DNA of 64,000 nucleotides. Source: a virus. Its lineage: Duplodnaviria; Caudoviricetes. Under the pieces are notes generated by a model, which was given only the letters and a program-made list of their open reading frames with translations, was not told where the DNA came from and searched no databases. Each line of letters starts with the position of its first letter. Position 1 is the stretch's first letter. A program made the translations under genes and the position numbers. Of this stretch, positions 37,706 through 46,567 are shown piece by piece. The stretch lies in the IMG/VR virus record IMGVR_UViG_3300008110_007313, one strand, 5' to 3'.

Positions 37706-38833
37706 ATGAAAAGAAAAATAGCCATGGGCCTAGCCAGCCTTGTGGTTGCAGCCGCTGCTACGGCACAGACCACTAATACCAGTACTGCCAGCACCACAGG
37801 CGGTACAACCACCAACAATACTACTTTGATCAATCAAGGTACCTACGACTCAAAAACATTGGTTGACACCAACAGCACGTCAAACAGCACCAGTACTGTG
37901 ACGTCAAACAGCAATACCAACAGCACGTCAACTAGTACCAGTGCTAGCACAGTTAATAGCACCAGTGCTAATACTAATACTAACACCAGTACCAGTGTGA
38001 ATACCAACAACAACGTTCAAAGTGGAACTGTTACTAACAACAATGTCAACACTGGAACAATGACGTATAATAACAACAACGTTAACTCAGGTACAATGAC
38101 CTACAACAACAACAATGTGAATACCAGTACCAGCAACAATACTAATACTAACCACAACATTAACTCAGGTACAATGACCTACAACAACAACAATGTCAGT
38201 ACCAGTACCGCTACAAACAACAACAACAATGTGAGTACCAGCACAGCCACTAACAACAACATCAACACTGGCGACATGACCAACCGTAATATTAACACCA
38301 GTACAAGTACCAGCAATAATGTAAACAACAACGTGAATACCAGTACTGCTGTGAACCAAAATGTGCAGACTGGCGACATGACCAACCGTAATATCAACAC
38401 TACCGAAATCACGCAACGTGTGATTCAGCCACCACCTACTGCTGTGGCACCTGCTATGCTGAGTGGCGGCAATGCTGACTTATGTTCAACTGGTAGCTCG
38501 GGTAGTGTGCAAACTCAAGTATTTGGTGTTAGTGGCGGTGGTACCGTACGTGACCTGAACTGCGAACGCTTGAAGTTATCTAAAACGTTATATGACATGG
38601 GCATGAAGGTAGCCGCTGTGGCAACTATGTGTCAGGATCGCAGAGTGTTTGATGCCATGATGGCTGCTGGCACACCTTGCCCATACGAAGGCAAAATTGG
38701 CGAGCAAGCTCGCGCTGAGTGGACTGCTAACCCAGACAAAATTCCCGCACCAGACAAGGTAAAACTAGATGAGAATTATAAGAAAATTGGCCTTGGCGCT
38801 TTACTTGGCGTTGTTGTCCATAAGTTATTCTAA
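37706..38833 (+). CDS. Exported Asn/Thr-repeat protein with a Cys-containing C-terminal domain and anchor
   Basis: Signal peptide (MKRKIAMGLASLVVAAAATA), N/T/S repeats, four Cys, hydrophobic tail. Confidence 0.8.
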   Translation: MKRKIAMGLASLVVAAAATAQTTNTSTASTTGGTTTNNTTLINQGTYDSKTLVDTNSTSNSTSTVTSNSNTNSTSTSTSASTVNSTSANTNTNTSTSVNTNNNVQSGTVTNNNVNTGTMTYNNNNVNSGTMTYNNNNVNTSTSNNTNTNHNINSGTMTYNNNNVSTSTATNNNNNVSTSTATNNNINTGDMTNRNINTSTSTSNNVNNNVNTSTAVNQNVQTGDMTNRNINTTEITQRVIQPPPTAVAPAMLSGGNADLCSTGSSGSVQTQVFGVSGGGTVRDLNCERLKLSKTLYDMGMKVAAVATMCQDRRVFDAMMAAGTPCPYEGKIGEQARAEWTANPDKIPAPDKVKLDENYKKIGLGALLGVVVHKLF

Positions 38834-40442
38834 TAGTCAACAAATTGACGTTACTGGTAACCTGACTAACTTTACTAATCAGGCCAATGGTACAACCTCA
38901 ACTTGGCAAAACGCAGGTACTATCGGAGATCCACTGACCTGCTGGGCACAGGGTGATCCAGGCTATTGCGGTCCACTGCCTAGAGTCGCTGCCTGGGGCA
39001 CAGGTTCAAACATCATCAACTTCTCCTATGGCTTGACAGATTTGTATCAAGTAGTCAACATCAAAAACGCATTGCCTAATTCAGGTACAGGCTTACAAGT
39101 TAACGGGTTTAACTTTAGCTTTAGTGCCAAGAATGGCAATGGATGGGACAATGGCCAACCAGACCAGTTATCAGCATACGTTAACATCTACGATAACAAA
39201 AACTCAGCAGTGTTAGAATCATACAATTATAATCTAAATGGCAAATACAACTGGACACAATTCTACTATTCCGAAACATTCAAATCACCATATGGTGTTC
39301 CTAGTCTAGGCAATGCTCAGTATGGATTTGTGGGTCAAGATAACAACTACTGGGTTGGCCCATATGGTCCAGAAATAACTGCGGTAAGTTTTAGTTTAAA
39401 ATACAGTGTTGACCCATGTGCAACAAACCCGTTGTATTCACCTACTTGCAAAGGTTACATGGATGCATTGGCAAAATTAAGCCCCACTGCTTCGACCTCT
39501 ACTGATACATTTTCTCCACCACCTCCTCCGGAAGATGGTGTACCTCCACCAGGCAGTCCTCCACCACCTGGTAACTCACAGCAGTCTGGGCCTCCACCAC
39601 CTCCTGGTAGTCCGCCTCCTCCTGTGGGATCTCAACCACGTGCAAATGATACTAAAACCGCCAGTGAAAATCAAACAGGGCCTAGCTTAGGTTCAGTGTT
39701 AAACATGATTGGTGCTAATCAAGCTAGAATTAGCAATGAAGCCAAGTCTGTTGTGCAGTCTGCAGAATCCGCTGCCGCACAGGCAGCAACATCAACTCAG
39801 CAACAAGCAGAATCAGTAGCAGGATCATTAACTGCTCAAAGTATTTCTGACAGCATGACACAGTCTTCCGTAGGTACATCAACCGTGGCTGCATCTAGTG
39901 CTCAATCACAAACAACAGTGGCGAATGTATCTAATATGTCACAGACTAACGCGGTCAACATTGGCGGATTACGAGCTCCTGCTGCCAGTACATTTGCTGA
40001 CACTGTGTCTGCGCTGCCACAAGGTATGACACAAGTACAAATTGATATGTACAGTTTGCAGTCTCCACAAGGACGCAACAACACGCAGTTTGAACCAGAA
40101 GCGCCACAGCTTGAAGGCATCAAAATTGGTGAGCGTTCTGTATTGAATGATGCTATAGAACAACGTCCTGTGTTGCAGAACACTGCACAAGAACAACGCA
40201 CTGAAACAGTAAACCGTAATGTACAAAACAATGAACTTGCAGGCGGCGTTGACATTGCTGCTATAAACCAACAACCAGTGGGATTTCAAAACTACTCGTT
40301 TGTACTGACAGATGCACAATTTTACGCACCGCGTGAGATTTACCGCAATCAACGCACAGTGGACAATGCCAGAGCACTGCGTCAATTAACCAACGACGGT
40401 AGACATCGTGAAATGGTTGAGCAACAATACAAGAGGAATTGA
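38769..40442 (+). CDS. Exported protein with a beta-rich N-domain, Pro-rich linker and Gln/Ser-rich tail
   Basis: Signal peptide, DPC..NPLYSP.C motif, PPPPG repeats. Confidence 0.75.
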   Translation: MRIIRKLALALYLALLSISYSNSQQIDVTGNLTNFTNQANGTTSTWQNAGTIGDPLTCWAQGDPGYCGPLPRVAAWGTGSNIINFSYGLTDLYQVVNIKNALPNSGTGLQVNGFNFSFSAKNGNGWDNGQPDQLSAYVNIYDNKNSAVLESYNYNLNGKYNWTQFYYSETFKSPYGVPSLGNAQYGFVGQDNNYWVGPYGPEITAVSFSLKYSVDPCATNPLYSPTCKGYMDALAKLSPTASTSTDTFSPPPPPEDGVPPPGSPPPPGNSQQSGPPPPPGSPPPPVGSQPRANDTKTASENQTGPSLGSVLNMIGANQARISNEAKSVVQSAESAAAQAATSTQQQAESVAGSLTAQSISDSMTQSSVGTSTVAASSAQSQTTVANVSNMSQTNAVNIGGLRAPAASTFADTVSALPQGMTQVQIDMYSLQSPQGRNNTQFEPEAPQLEGIKIGERSVLNDAIEQRPVLQNTAQEQRTETVNRNVQNNELAGGVDIAAINQQPVGFQNYSFVLTDAQFYAPREIYRNQRTVDNARALRQLTNDGRHREMVEQQYKRN

Positions 40443-40680
40443 GGTGATTGATCCTTTGTACTGCATTAAAATTATTGTTGTATTGACATTACTTTCTTTT
40501 TTTACAGTGAGTGCTGTGCCAAAACAAGACAATACATTGAAAAAAGATGAAGTATGGCAATGTGTTAGATGGGCGTGGACTGATCAAGAATCACGTAGAA
40601 AAGTAATATGTCTGGATTGGCGCAAAGAAGACTGTGCCAACCGATTGCACAAAGAGATATGCAAAGGAAGTAAACAATGA
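40408..40680 (+). CDS. Small exported Cys-containing protein
   Basis: Hydrophobic N-terminal segment; WQCVRWAW...CLDW..EDC...C. Start uncertain. Confidence 0.55.
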   Translation: MKWLSNNTRGIEVIDPLYCIKIIVVLTLLSFFTVSAVPKQDNTLKKDEVWQCVRWAWTDQESRRKVICLDWRKEDCANRLHKEICKGSKQ

Positions 40681-41171
40681 TTGATCCCATAACAGCTCTA
40701 GCAGGAATACAAAGTGCGGTGGCATTGATAAAAAAAGTATCAAAAACAGTAGACGATGTATCATCTCTGGGTCCTGTGCTGGGCAAATATTTTGATGCCA
40801 AAAGTACAGCAAGCAAGGCCATCGTGCAGGCCAAAAACAGTGGCAAAAAATCTGCCATGGCCACTGCAATCGAAATTGAGTTGGCCATACACCAGGCAGA
40901 ACAGTTTGAAAAACAACTACAGTTATTGTTTATGCAAACTGGAAAAATAGATGTGTGGAACAAGATAAAATCCAGAGCAGCAGCCATGGACATCGAGGCT
41001 GCACACGATGCTCGTCGCGAAAAAGAATCCATTGCAAAGCGAAAAAAACAATTTGCTGAAGCAGTAGAATATACGTTGGCTGGTACTTTTTTATTGGTTG
41101 CGTTTATAGGAATGATATGGGTAACAGCCGAATTGATACAGTATTGCAGTCAAGTACAATGCGGAAAATAA
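40677..41171 (+). CDS. Hypothetical membrane protein
   Basis: MIDPITALAG start, coiled coil, C-terminal TM. Confidence 0.7.
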   Translation: MIDPITALAGIQSAVALIKKVSKTVDDVSSLGPVLGKYFDAKSTASKAIVQAKNSGKKSAMATAIEIELAIHQAEQFEKQLQLLFMQTGKIDVWNKIKSRAAAMDIEAAHDARREKESIAKRKKQFAEAVEYTLAGTFLLVAFIGMIWVTAELIQYCSQVQCGK

Positions 41172-41182
41172 AAGGAGAAAAA

Positions 41183-41803
41183 ATGACAGAAGAAATCAAA
41201 AACGTCAACGCCAAGATTGACGAAGCAGAAGCAGCCGTAAAAAAGTATGCCAGCAAAGACACAGTGATCAGTATTGGCGGCTACGAATTCACACCAGCCA
41301 AACTCATGGTAGCTGCTACAATTGTGAGCTCAACCTTAGGTGGTTTATATGGAACCTTTGAAGTGTACAAGGACTATCAAAGCATGAAGAAAAAGATTGC
41401 TTCCTATGAAGCACCTGACCTTTCAGAGTTTGACAAGCGTCTAGCAGTAATTGAAGAAAATTCTAGCAAGACCAGCGACTACACTCGCGACATCAAGACT
41501 GATTTGAAGAATGATATTCGCCGTAATGAAACTGTGACTGAACAAGTAGAACGCAGTGTCAAAACAGCACAACGCGAGACAGAACAAGAAATGCGAGACA
41601 TGCGCAAGGCAGTTCGTGAAGATCTAGAACGTGCCAGAACTGAAGCAGCAGCTATTCGTCGTGACATGGAAACAACTCGTAAAGAAATCAACAGTGAATT
41701 TACATCTGCTCGTAGAGAAATTACCCGCGAAGTTGAAACACTCAAACGCGAAGTTGACAACAAGATTCAGAAGGCCATAGACAATCCGTTAGCCAATAAA
41801 TAA
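41183..41803 (+). CDS. Membrane-anchored coiled-coil protein
   Basis: Start at 41183 after AAGGAG; one TM followed by a long heptad-rich region. Confidence 0.75.
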   Translation: MTEEIKNVNAKIDEAEAAVKKYASKDTVISIGGYEFTPAKLMVAATIVSSTLGGLYGTFEVYKDYQSMKKKIASYEAPDLSEFDKRLAVIEENSSKTSDYTRDIKTDLKNDIRRNETVTEQVERSVKTAQRETEQEMRDMRKAVREDLERARTEAAAIRRDMETTRKEINSEFTSARREITREVETLKREVDNKIQKAIDNPLANK

Positions 41804-41818
41804 TTCAAAGGATTTGAT

Positions 41819-42289
41819 ATGGAACTAACTCTAGACACAATCACCAAAGGTATAGGAGTTATCACAGCTAGTTTAGCACTAGCAGGTGGCGGCTATTCAC
41901 TCTGGGATAAAATGAAAGCCCCAGAGCCTATATTGACTTGGCACGGAGAGTATTTTAAAATTCAGTCAGGCCCAGCAAATGGCGAGTTTGCAGTGGTAGT
42001 TGCTAGAGAAAAACACCGAGATGATTGCGAAGTCAAGGAGTTCAAGCTAGAAGTAAAAGATTCAGAATTTCAAGTACACACTGCCAAGAGCTCTGTTAGT
42101 GTATTTTCGGGTCCTGCTTCAAACAAAGTTGATAAATTTGGGTATCGTATCACACTAGCTGACCCTGCACGAGTTGCACCTGGTACAGCCACGCTGATGG
42201 CCAATATCAAATACAAGTGCCCAGAAGGTGAAGTGATTGTGAATTATCCCGATCATCCCAATTTAACATTCGACATAACAAGGAAATAA
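41819..42289 (+). CDS. N-terminally anchored beta-rich protein
   Basis: TM segment, then an Ig-like region with two Cys. Confidence 0.65.
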   Translation: MELTLDTITKGIGVITASLALAGGGYSLWDKMKAPEPILTWHGEYFKIQSGPANGEFAVVVAREKHRDDCEVKEFKLEVKDSEFQVHTAKSSVSVFSGPASNKVDKFGYRITLADPARVAPGTATLMANIKYKCPEGEVIVNYPDHPNLTFDITRK

Positions 42290-42290
42290 A

Positions 42291-42812
42291 ATGACAGAAG
42301 AAAAGAAACCCCTATCAAGATCAGAGCGTGAAGCTCAAATCAAAGACCGTGCAGGTTTTGTTATTGTGGTGCTGGCAGCACTACTAGCCATCAACACCAT
42401 GATTGGTGGACAAAACTCTAGCAAGACCATGAACAACACCATAGCAGCCAACAATCAGTGGGCATGGTATCAGGCCAAGAACATGCGTCAAGTACTGTAT
42501 GAAACAGCGGCTGTAGAAAGCAAGATTCCAGCAAACAAAGAAAAGTTTGAAGCAGAAGCTGTTAGAATGAAAGCAGACAAAGAAGAAATCATGGCCAAGG
42601 CCAAGGCTCTAGAAGCTGAACGCGATGTTGCTCGTCAGAAGTCGCCTTGGTTTACCTGGGGCGGTAGTGTGCTACAAATTGGTATTGTGTTGTTGACTGC
42701 TAGTATTCTAGCTGTGAGCATGCCCATGTTCTGGGTCAGTATTGTGGTAGGATCTGTAGGAGCAGTTTTAGTTAGTCAAGCCCTATGGATGTGGATGCCA
42801 CTAAGTATGTAA
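42291..42812 (+). CDS. DUF4337-like membrane protein
   Basis: NQWAWYQAK motif, three hydrophobic segments. Confidence 0.65.
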   Translation: MTEEKKPLSRSEREAQIKDRAGFVIVVLAALLAINTMIGGQNSSKTMNNTIAANNQWAWYQAKNMRQVLYETAAVESKIPANKEKFEAEAVRMKADKEEIMAKAKALEAERDVARQKSPWFTWGGSVLQIGIVLLTASILAVSMPMFWVSIVVGSVGAVLVSQALWMWMPLSM

Positions 42813-43525
42813 TGACTTATCTAATATACACCTTGATAGTCACGCACATTACAATAGTGTGCGTGACTTTGTTTTTGCATCGTAGCCAAGCACACAGAAG
42901 CATAGAATTTCATCCTGCTGTGAGTCACTTCATGCGTTGTTGGCTGTGGCTCACAACCGGCATGGTTACCAAACAGTGGGTAGCCATACACCGCAAACAC
43001 CATCGCAGCACTGATGTTGCAGGCGATCCACATAGTCCACATGTGGAAGGTATTTGGAAAGTATTGTTCAAAGGAGCAGGGTTGTATCATGCAGCATCAA
43101 AAGATACGGTCATGGTTGATTCATACGGTCGTGGTACTCCTGCTGATTGGATGGAGCTTCACGTATACAGTGCTCATAGTAGACTTGGCATTGGCCTTCT
43201 CTTTTTGTTCAACACCCTAGTGTTTGGTTGGATCGGTGCTGCAATCTGGTTGATTCAAATGGCCTGGATACCGTTCTGGGCAGCAGGTGTTGTAAATGGT
43301 GTGGGACACTGGTGGGGTTATCGCAATTTCGATACCAAGGATCGCAGTACCAACATTGTGCCGTGGGGTATTGTAATAGGCGGCGAAGAACTGCACAACA
43401 ATCATCACAATGATCCTGCTAGCCCAAAACTCAGTAGAACTGCAGGAGAATTTGACGTTGGCTGGATGTATGTTCAGTTGTTGTCCGCGGCAAAACTAGC
43501 ACAGGCCAAACCTGCAAATCACTAA
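42812..43525 (+). CDS. Membrane fatty-acid (acyl-CoA, delta-9-type) desaturase
   Basis: Three His boxes, HRSQAH, HRKHH and HNNHH; DPHSP; NG.GH.WGYRN. ATG at 42812. Confidence 0.92.
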   Translation: MTYLIYTLIVTHITIVCVTLFLHRSQAHRSIEFHPAVSHFMRCWLWLTTGMVTKQWVAIHRKHHRSTDVAGDPHSPHVEGIWKVLFKGAGLYHAASKDTVMVDSYGRGTPADWMELHVYSAHSRLGIGLLFLFNTLVFGWIGAAIWLIQMAWIPFWAAGVVNGVGHWWGYRNFDTKDRSTNIVPWGIVIGGEELHNNHHNDPASPKLSRTAGEFDVGWMYVQLLSAAKLAQAKPANH

Positions 43526-43568
43526 ATAAACACGAACATCAGTGTTCACAACTCACGGAGAATTCCCT

Positions 43569-44294
43569 ATGAAATTACGCATTACTATGATTGCCGCAAC
43601 TGTGATGTTGCTGGCAGGTTGTGCAACCAACAAAGACTATCAATTGTATGCTGAAACTCAGCAAAAAATTGCTCATGCTAACGCCATGGCAGAAACTGCA
43701 AGATATGCAGCACTAGCAGAAATTGCTAAGTCTGCAGATCCGGGTGCTAGAGTTGCAGCCGTTATGAGCATTAACTTTGGAGCGCAGGGCTCAAACGGTC
43801 TACGACCCAATCAGATTGCTGCCCCAAAAACGTTCGGAGACACTGCCCTACAATGGGCCAGCGTATTGCTACCTAGCGTAACCAGTTTGTATGGTATCAA
43901 CGCTAATCGTCAAGTCTCTATTACACAGAGCAATAATGCAACCGAAGTAGCTAAAAGCACAAATGCAACAATTGCCGCAATGAACAACAACATGGCCACA
44001 TCCAACACCGCCATAGCCAATTCAGGATTTACAGCCGTAACCGATGTAGCTAAGACTGGTATTACACAAGTAGGCACAACCGCGGCCGCTGGATTAACAC
44101 AAGTAGGCACAACCGCGGCCGCTGGATTAACAGCAGTTACCAATGTCAGCAATGCAGCTAACACCAGCATTCAAACGCTGGCCAATGCTTTAAAAGACAT
44201 TCAACCTAACATTACCACAACTACTACCACAACTACTACCACTAATAATCAATGCGGTAGTAACACAGCAGGTGGATCTGTTAACTGTCCATAA
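43569..44294 (+). CDS. Lipoprotein with an Ala/Thr-rich repeat region
   Basis: Lipobox LLAGC; exact 33-bp tandem duplication at 44064-44129 (TQVGTTAAAGL x2). Confidence 0.8.
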   Translation: MKLRITMIAATVMLLAGCATNKDYQLYAETQQKIAHANAMAETARYAALAEIAKSADPGARVAAVMSINFGAQGSNGLRPNQIAAPKTFGDTALQWASVLLPSVTSLYGINANRQVSITQSNNATEVAKSTNATIAAMNNNMATSNTAIANSGFTAVTDVAKTGITQVGTTAAAGLTQVGTTAAAGLTAVTNVSNAANTSIQTLANALKDIQPNITTTTTTTTTTNNQCGSNTAGGSVNCP

Positions 44295-44295
44295 G

Positions 44296-44318
44296 AAAGC
44301 CCCGAAAGGGGCTTTTTT
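44296..44318 (+). terminator. Rho-independent terminator
   Basis: AAAGCCCC-GAAA-GGGGCTTTTTT right after the stop. Confidence 0.9.
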
Positions 44319-44319
44319 G

Positions 44320-44820
44320 TATCAAGTCACTCTAACCCATAATATCCAATATAAACGGATTGCGATGCAATCCAAGCTTCGCCTTTGGCTCGCTTATTTT
44401 TAAACAAACTCAGTGAGATATTTCGCTAGATTGTGACGCCATACGACACCCAGATTCTGGGCGTCAAGACATTCGCTGAGTTGCTCAGCCACACTTGTGA
44501 CAATAGGTATTTGGATTGCATGTCTCTGGGCTCTGTACCTTACCCCACCTACTACGATTTTTAAGAGAACTTCGGTGTCATCTGTTCTCATGGACATATT
44601 GCATCTAAGTCAGCTCTCGCTGCACTCAACCTGTACGACTATGCAAACGTAAAACCCACAGGGGCAACATTTCAAGGCATCTCAAGTCGTGGCTTGAGGT
44701 AGTGCATAGAAGTCTTTTGCGGAGGAAAAGAAATGGTTGCCGTCACACATCAGAACGGATTCACCAGCAGTATTTTAGCCCGGCCTGCCAACCTTGAGTC
44801 ACGCTTTTTACTACAATGTC
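44320..44820. ncRNA. ~500-nt non-coding, hairpin-rich island (large ncRNA or origin candidate)
   Basis: No credible ORF; at least 7 stems (see findings). Confidence 0.4.
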
Positions 44821-44876
44821 TAAGTATACAGGCGAACCAAAATGATCACAAATGATCTTTTGGTCAACTTTGCCTT

Positions 44877-45101
44877 TCAAGAAATCCTGGTGATTCCACT
44901 GACCACTGAGTCTTTGCCGTATTGTCCTTGCAACAACAGCTTGGCCATGGCAGGACTTTTTGCAAAAACTGCCACGTCGATGCTGGTATTATAGTCGGGA
45001 TTCTTTACTCGCACTCGAGCTTGATAGACTTGAAATCCTGGAGCCACAGATTCATTGAGATTGTACTGTGAACCGGTTGCTTTGGTTGCATACTGTTTCA
45101 T
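44877..45101 (-). CDS. Hypothetical small protein
   Basis: 74 aa, ATGA-coupled; contains LNE. Confidence 0.6.
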   Translation of the reverse strand: MKQYATKATGSQYNLNESVAPGFQVYQARVRVKNPDYNTSIDVAVFAKSPAMAKLLLQGQYGKDSVVSGITRIS

Positions 45102-46024
45102 TTTTTACGTCCTGATTTCATGTTGGCACACCAGTGATACATCTTGGCTCGTTCACCTGATGCGTTCTTGGCACGACGACGCAGATCAGTTACTGATCCG
45201 TTGCAACTAGCGCCTGCACGTTTCACACGTCCTGGACGGCTCTTGCCTCGGACTTTGCCATCAGCAAAGTTTTCAGTTAGCGTTTGTGCAAATTTTAAAG
45301 CTGCTTCCAGGTCTGCACGGCTAAATGGTCGAAGTTCTCCTCGAGCAACATCTGCTCTTATGTCATCAATTGTATAATCAACAAATTGTGTTTCTACCCC
45401 GCCAGTTTCATCTGGTCCTACAAGTTCTTGTTCGCTGTCAAAACGTCCGCGACAATCATAAGCTGAACCGTCAGGTGCCACAATATACACATGATCAATG
45501 CGATAGTCTTCGTCATCCTTGGCTTCTTCTTCCCAGCCAACATGTGCTTTTAATTTCCAATCTGGGTGTAATTTTTTCAATGCCAAAGCCATGACATGGC
45601 AGTGACCTGTCATGTAATCTGGAGAAGCAGTATCTTCTTTGATGTAGACATTTTGCAAGGCAGCAGCCACACCAGGATGCAAGGGTTGTGGCCAATGGCC
45701 CAGTTCTACCCAACAGTAGTCTTGCCATTCATTGTCAGGCCGCGGTTCAAATTCTTTTGGCACTGTGCCAATAAATGTGACATATTTGGCATTTTCGCCA
45801 ATACGCTTTAGTTCAATGGGACCAGTGTAACCGCCTTCTTCTGCAAGTTCACGTTTGGCACATTGTTCCAGCGACTCGCCGGGTTTTCTGCCACCACCCC
45901 AGGCTGCCCATAACCCACCGTCATTGATTGAGTCGCTGCGTTGTTGTAGGCCGTAACGCCCTGTGTCCTCTGCGTAGAGCACAATGCCAGCGGCTTGTTG
46001 TTCTGCAAATTCTTTTGCTCTCAT
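45098..46024 (-). CDS. Nudix hydrolase fused to a Cys-His-Asp domain and a basic C-terminal tail
   Basis: Nudix box GGRKPGESLEQCAKRELAEEGG; GHC...DHVY...YDCRG; N-terminus MRAKEFAE. Confidence 0.85.
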   Translation of the reverse strand: MRAKEFAEQQAAGIVLYAEDTGRYGLQQRSDSINDGGLWAAWGGGRKPGESLEQCAKRELAEEGGYTGPIELKRIGENAKYVTFIGTVPKEFEPRPDNEWQDYCWVELGHWPQPLHPGVAAALQNVYIKEDTASPDYMTGHCHVMALALKKLHPDWKLKAHVGWEEEAKDDEDYRIDHVYIVAPDGSAYDCRGRFDSEQELVGPDETGGVETQFVDYTIDDIRADVARGELRPFSRADLEAALKFAQTLTENFADGKVRGKSRPGRVKRAGASCNGSVTDLRRRAKNASGERAKMYHWCANMKSGRKK

Positions 46025-46563
46025 TGCTGACCTCTAACTCGATCAAAAAAGGTAGGTGCTGGACGACCTTTGACTAGACCGTGACGTTGATGTTGACTTG
46101 CATAGTCATAGTAACGACCAATAACATCAAATCCTGGCTCAAAAAATATAGCAGCTGGTGGGTTACTGTAACGCATAATTCCCACACGTTGTTTGCCTTG
46201 CGGAGGATTGACCACACCTGCGGCACCACGACGAGCGGGTTGTAACCAAGCTGTATCTTTGAGTTTAACTAACCAAACATAAGGACTTTCTGTTGCGTAT
46301 AAGTTTTTGGCGTTGAGATACTCGTTGACTGGATAAAACCAAAGTGCTGGACGACCTTTGCCTGCACCAATGTAGTCTACGTCAAATGCAGGATCATCCA
46401 TGTCGGGTGATCGACCAAATTTTTGTCTGGCGCTGAATCCCAGTTTGTCTACAGCAGTTACACGCACAAAATACTCACCAGGGCCATTCTTTTTTACGTC
46501 AGCACGAATCTGATCACTCACTGACGGAACACGGGCTTCAATGACAAACTCTTGTGCTCTCAT
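46021..46563 (-). CDS. Hypothetical protein with a CTS-like N-terminus (MRAQEFVIEARV)
   Basis: 180 aa, coupled to its neighbours. Confidence 0.7.
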   Translation of the reverse strand: MRAQEFVIEARVPSVSDQIRADVKKNGPGEYFVRVTAVDKLGFSARQKFGRSPDMDDPAFDVDYIGAGKGRPALWFYPVNEYLNAKNLYATESPYVWLVKLKDTAWLQPARRGAAGVVNPPQGKQRVGIMRYSNPPAAIFFEPGFDVIGRYYDYASQHQRHGLVKGRPAPTFFDRVRGQQ

Positions 46564-46567
46564 TGCA

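Noticed and set aside
37621-37833. N-terminal hydrophobic extension of the track ORF 36970..37833
   Set aside because: It is the antisense reading of the 37706 signal peptide and Thr-rich codons; the start at 37620 is more plausible.
44400-44597. 65-aa ORF inside the non-coding island
   Set aside because: No SD, no family features, and it crosses the strongest stems; treated as incidental.
44320-44820. Group I intron, RNase P RNA or tmRNA identity for the island
   Set aside because: No interrupted host gene; R- and S-like words are in the wrong order; no GAGGAAAGUCC/ACCCGGCUUA pair and no tRNA-like ends.
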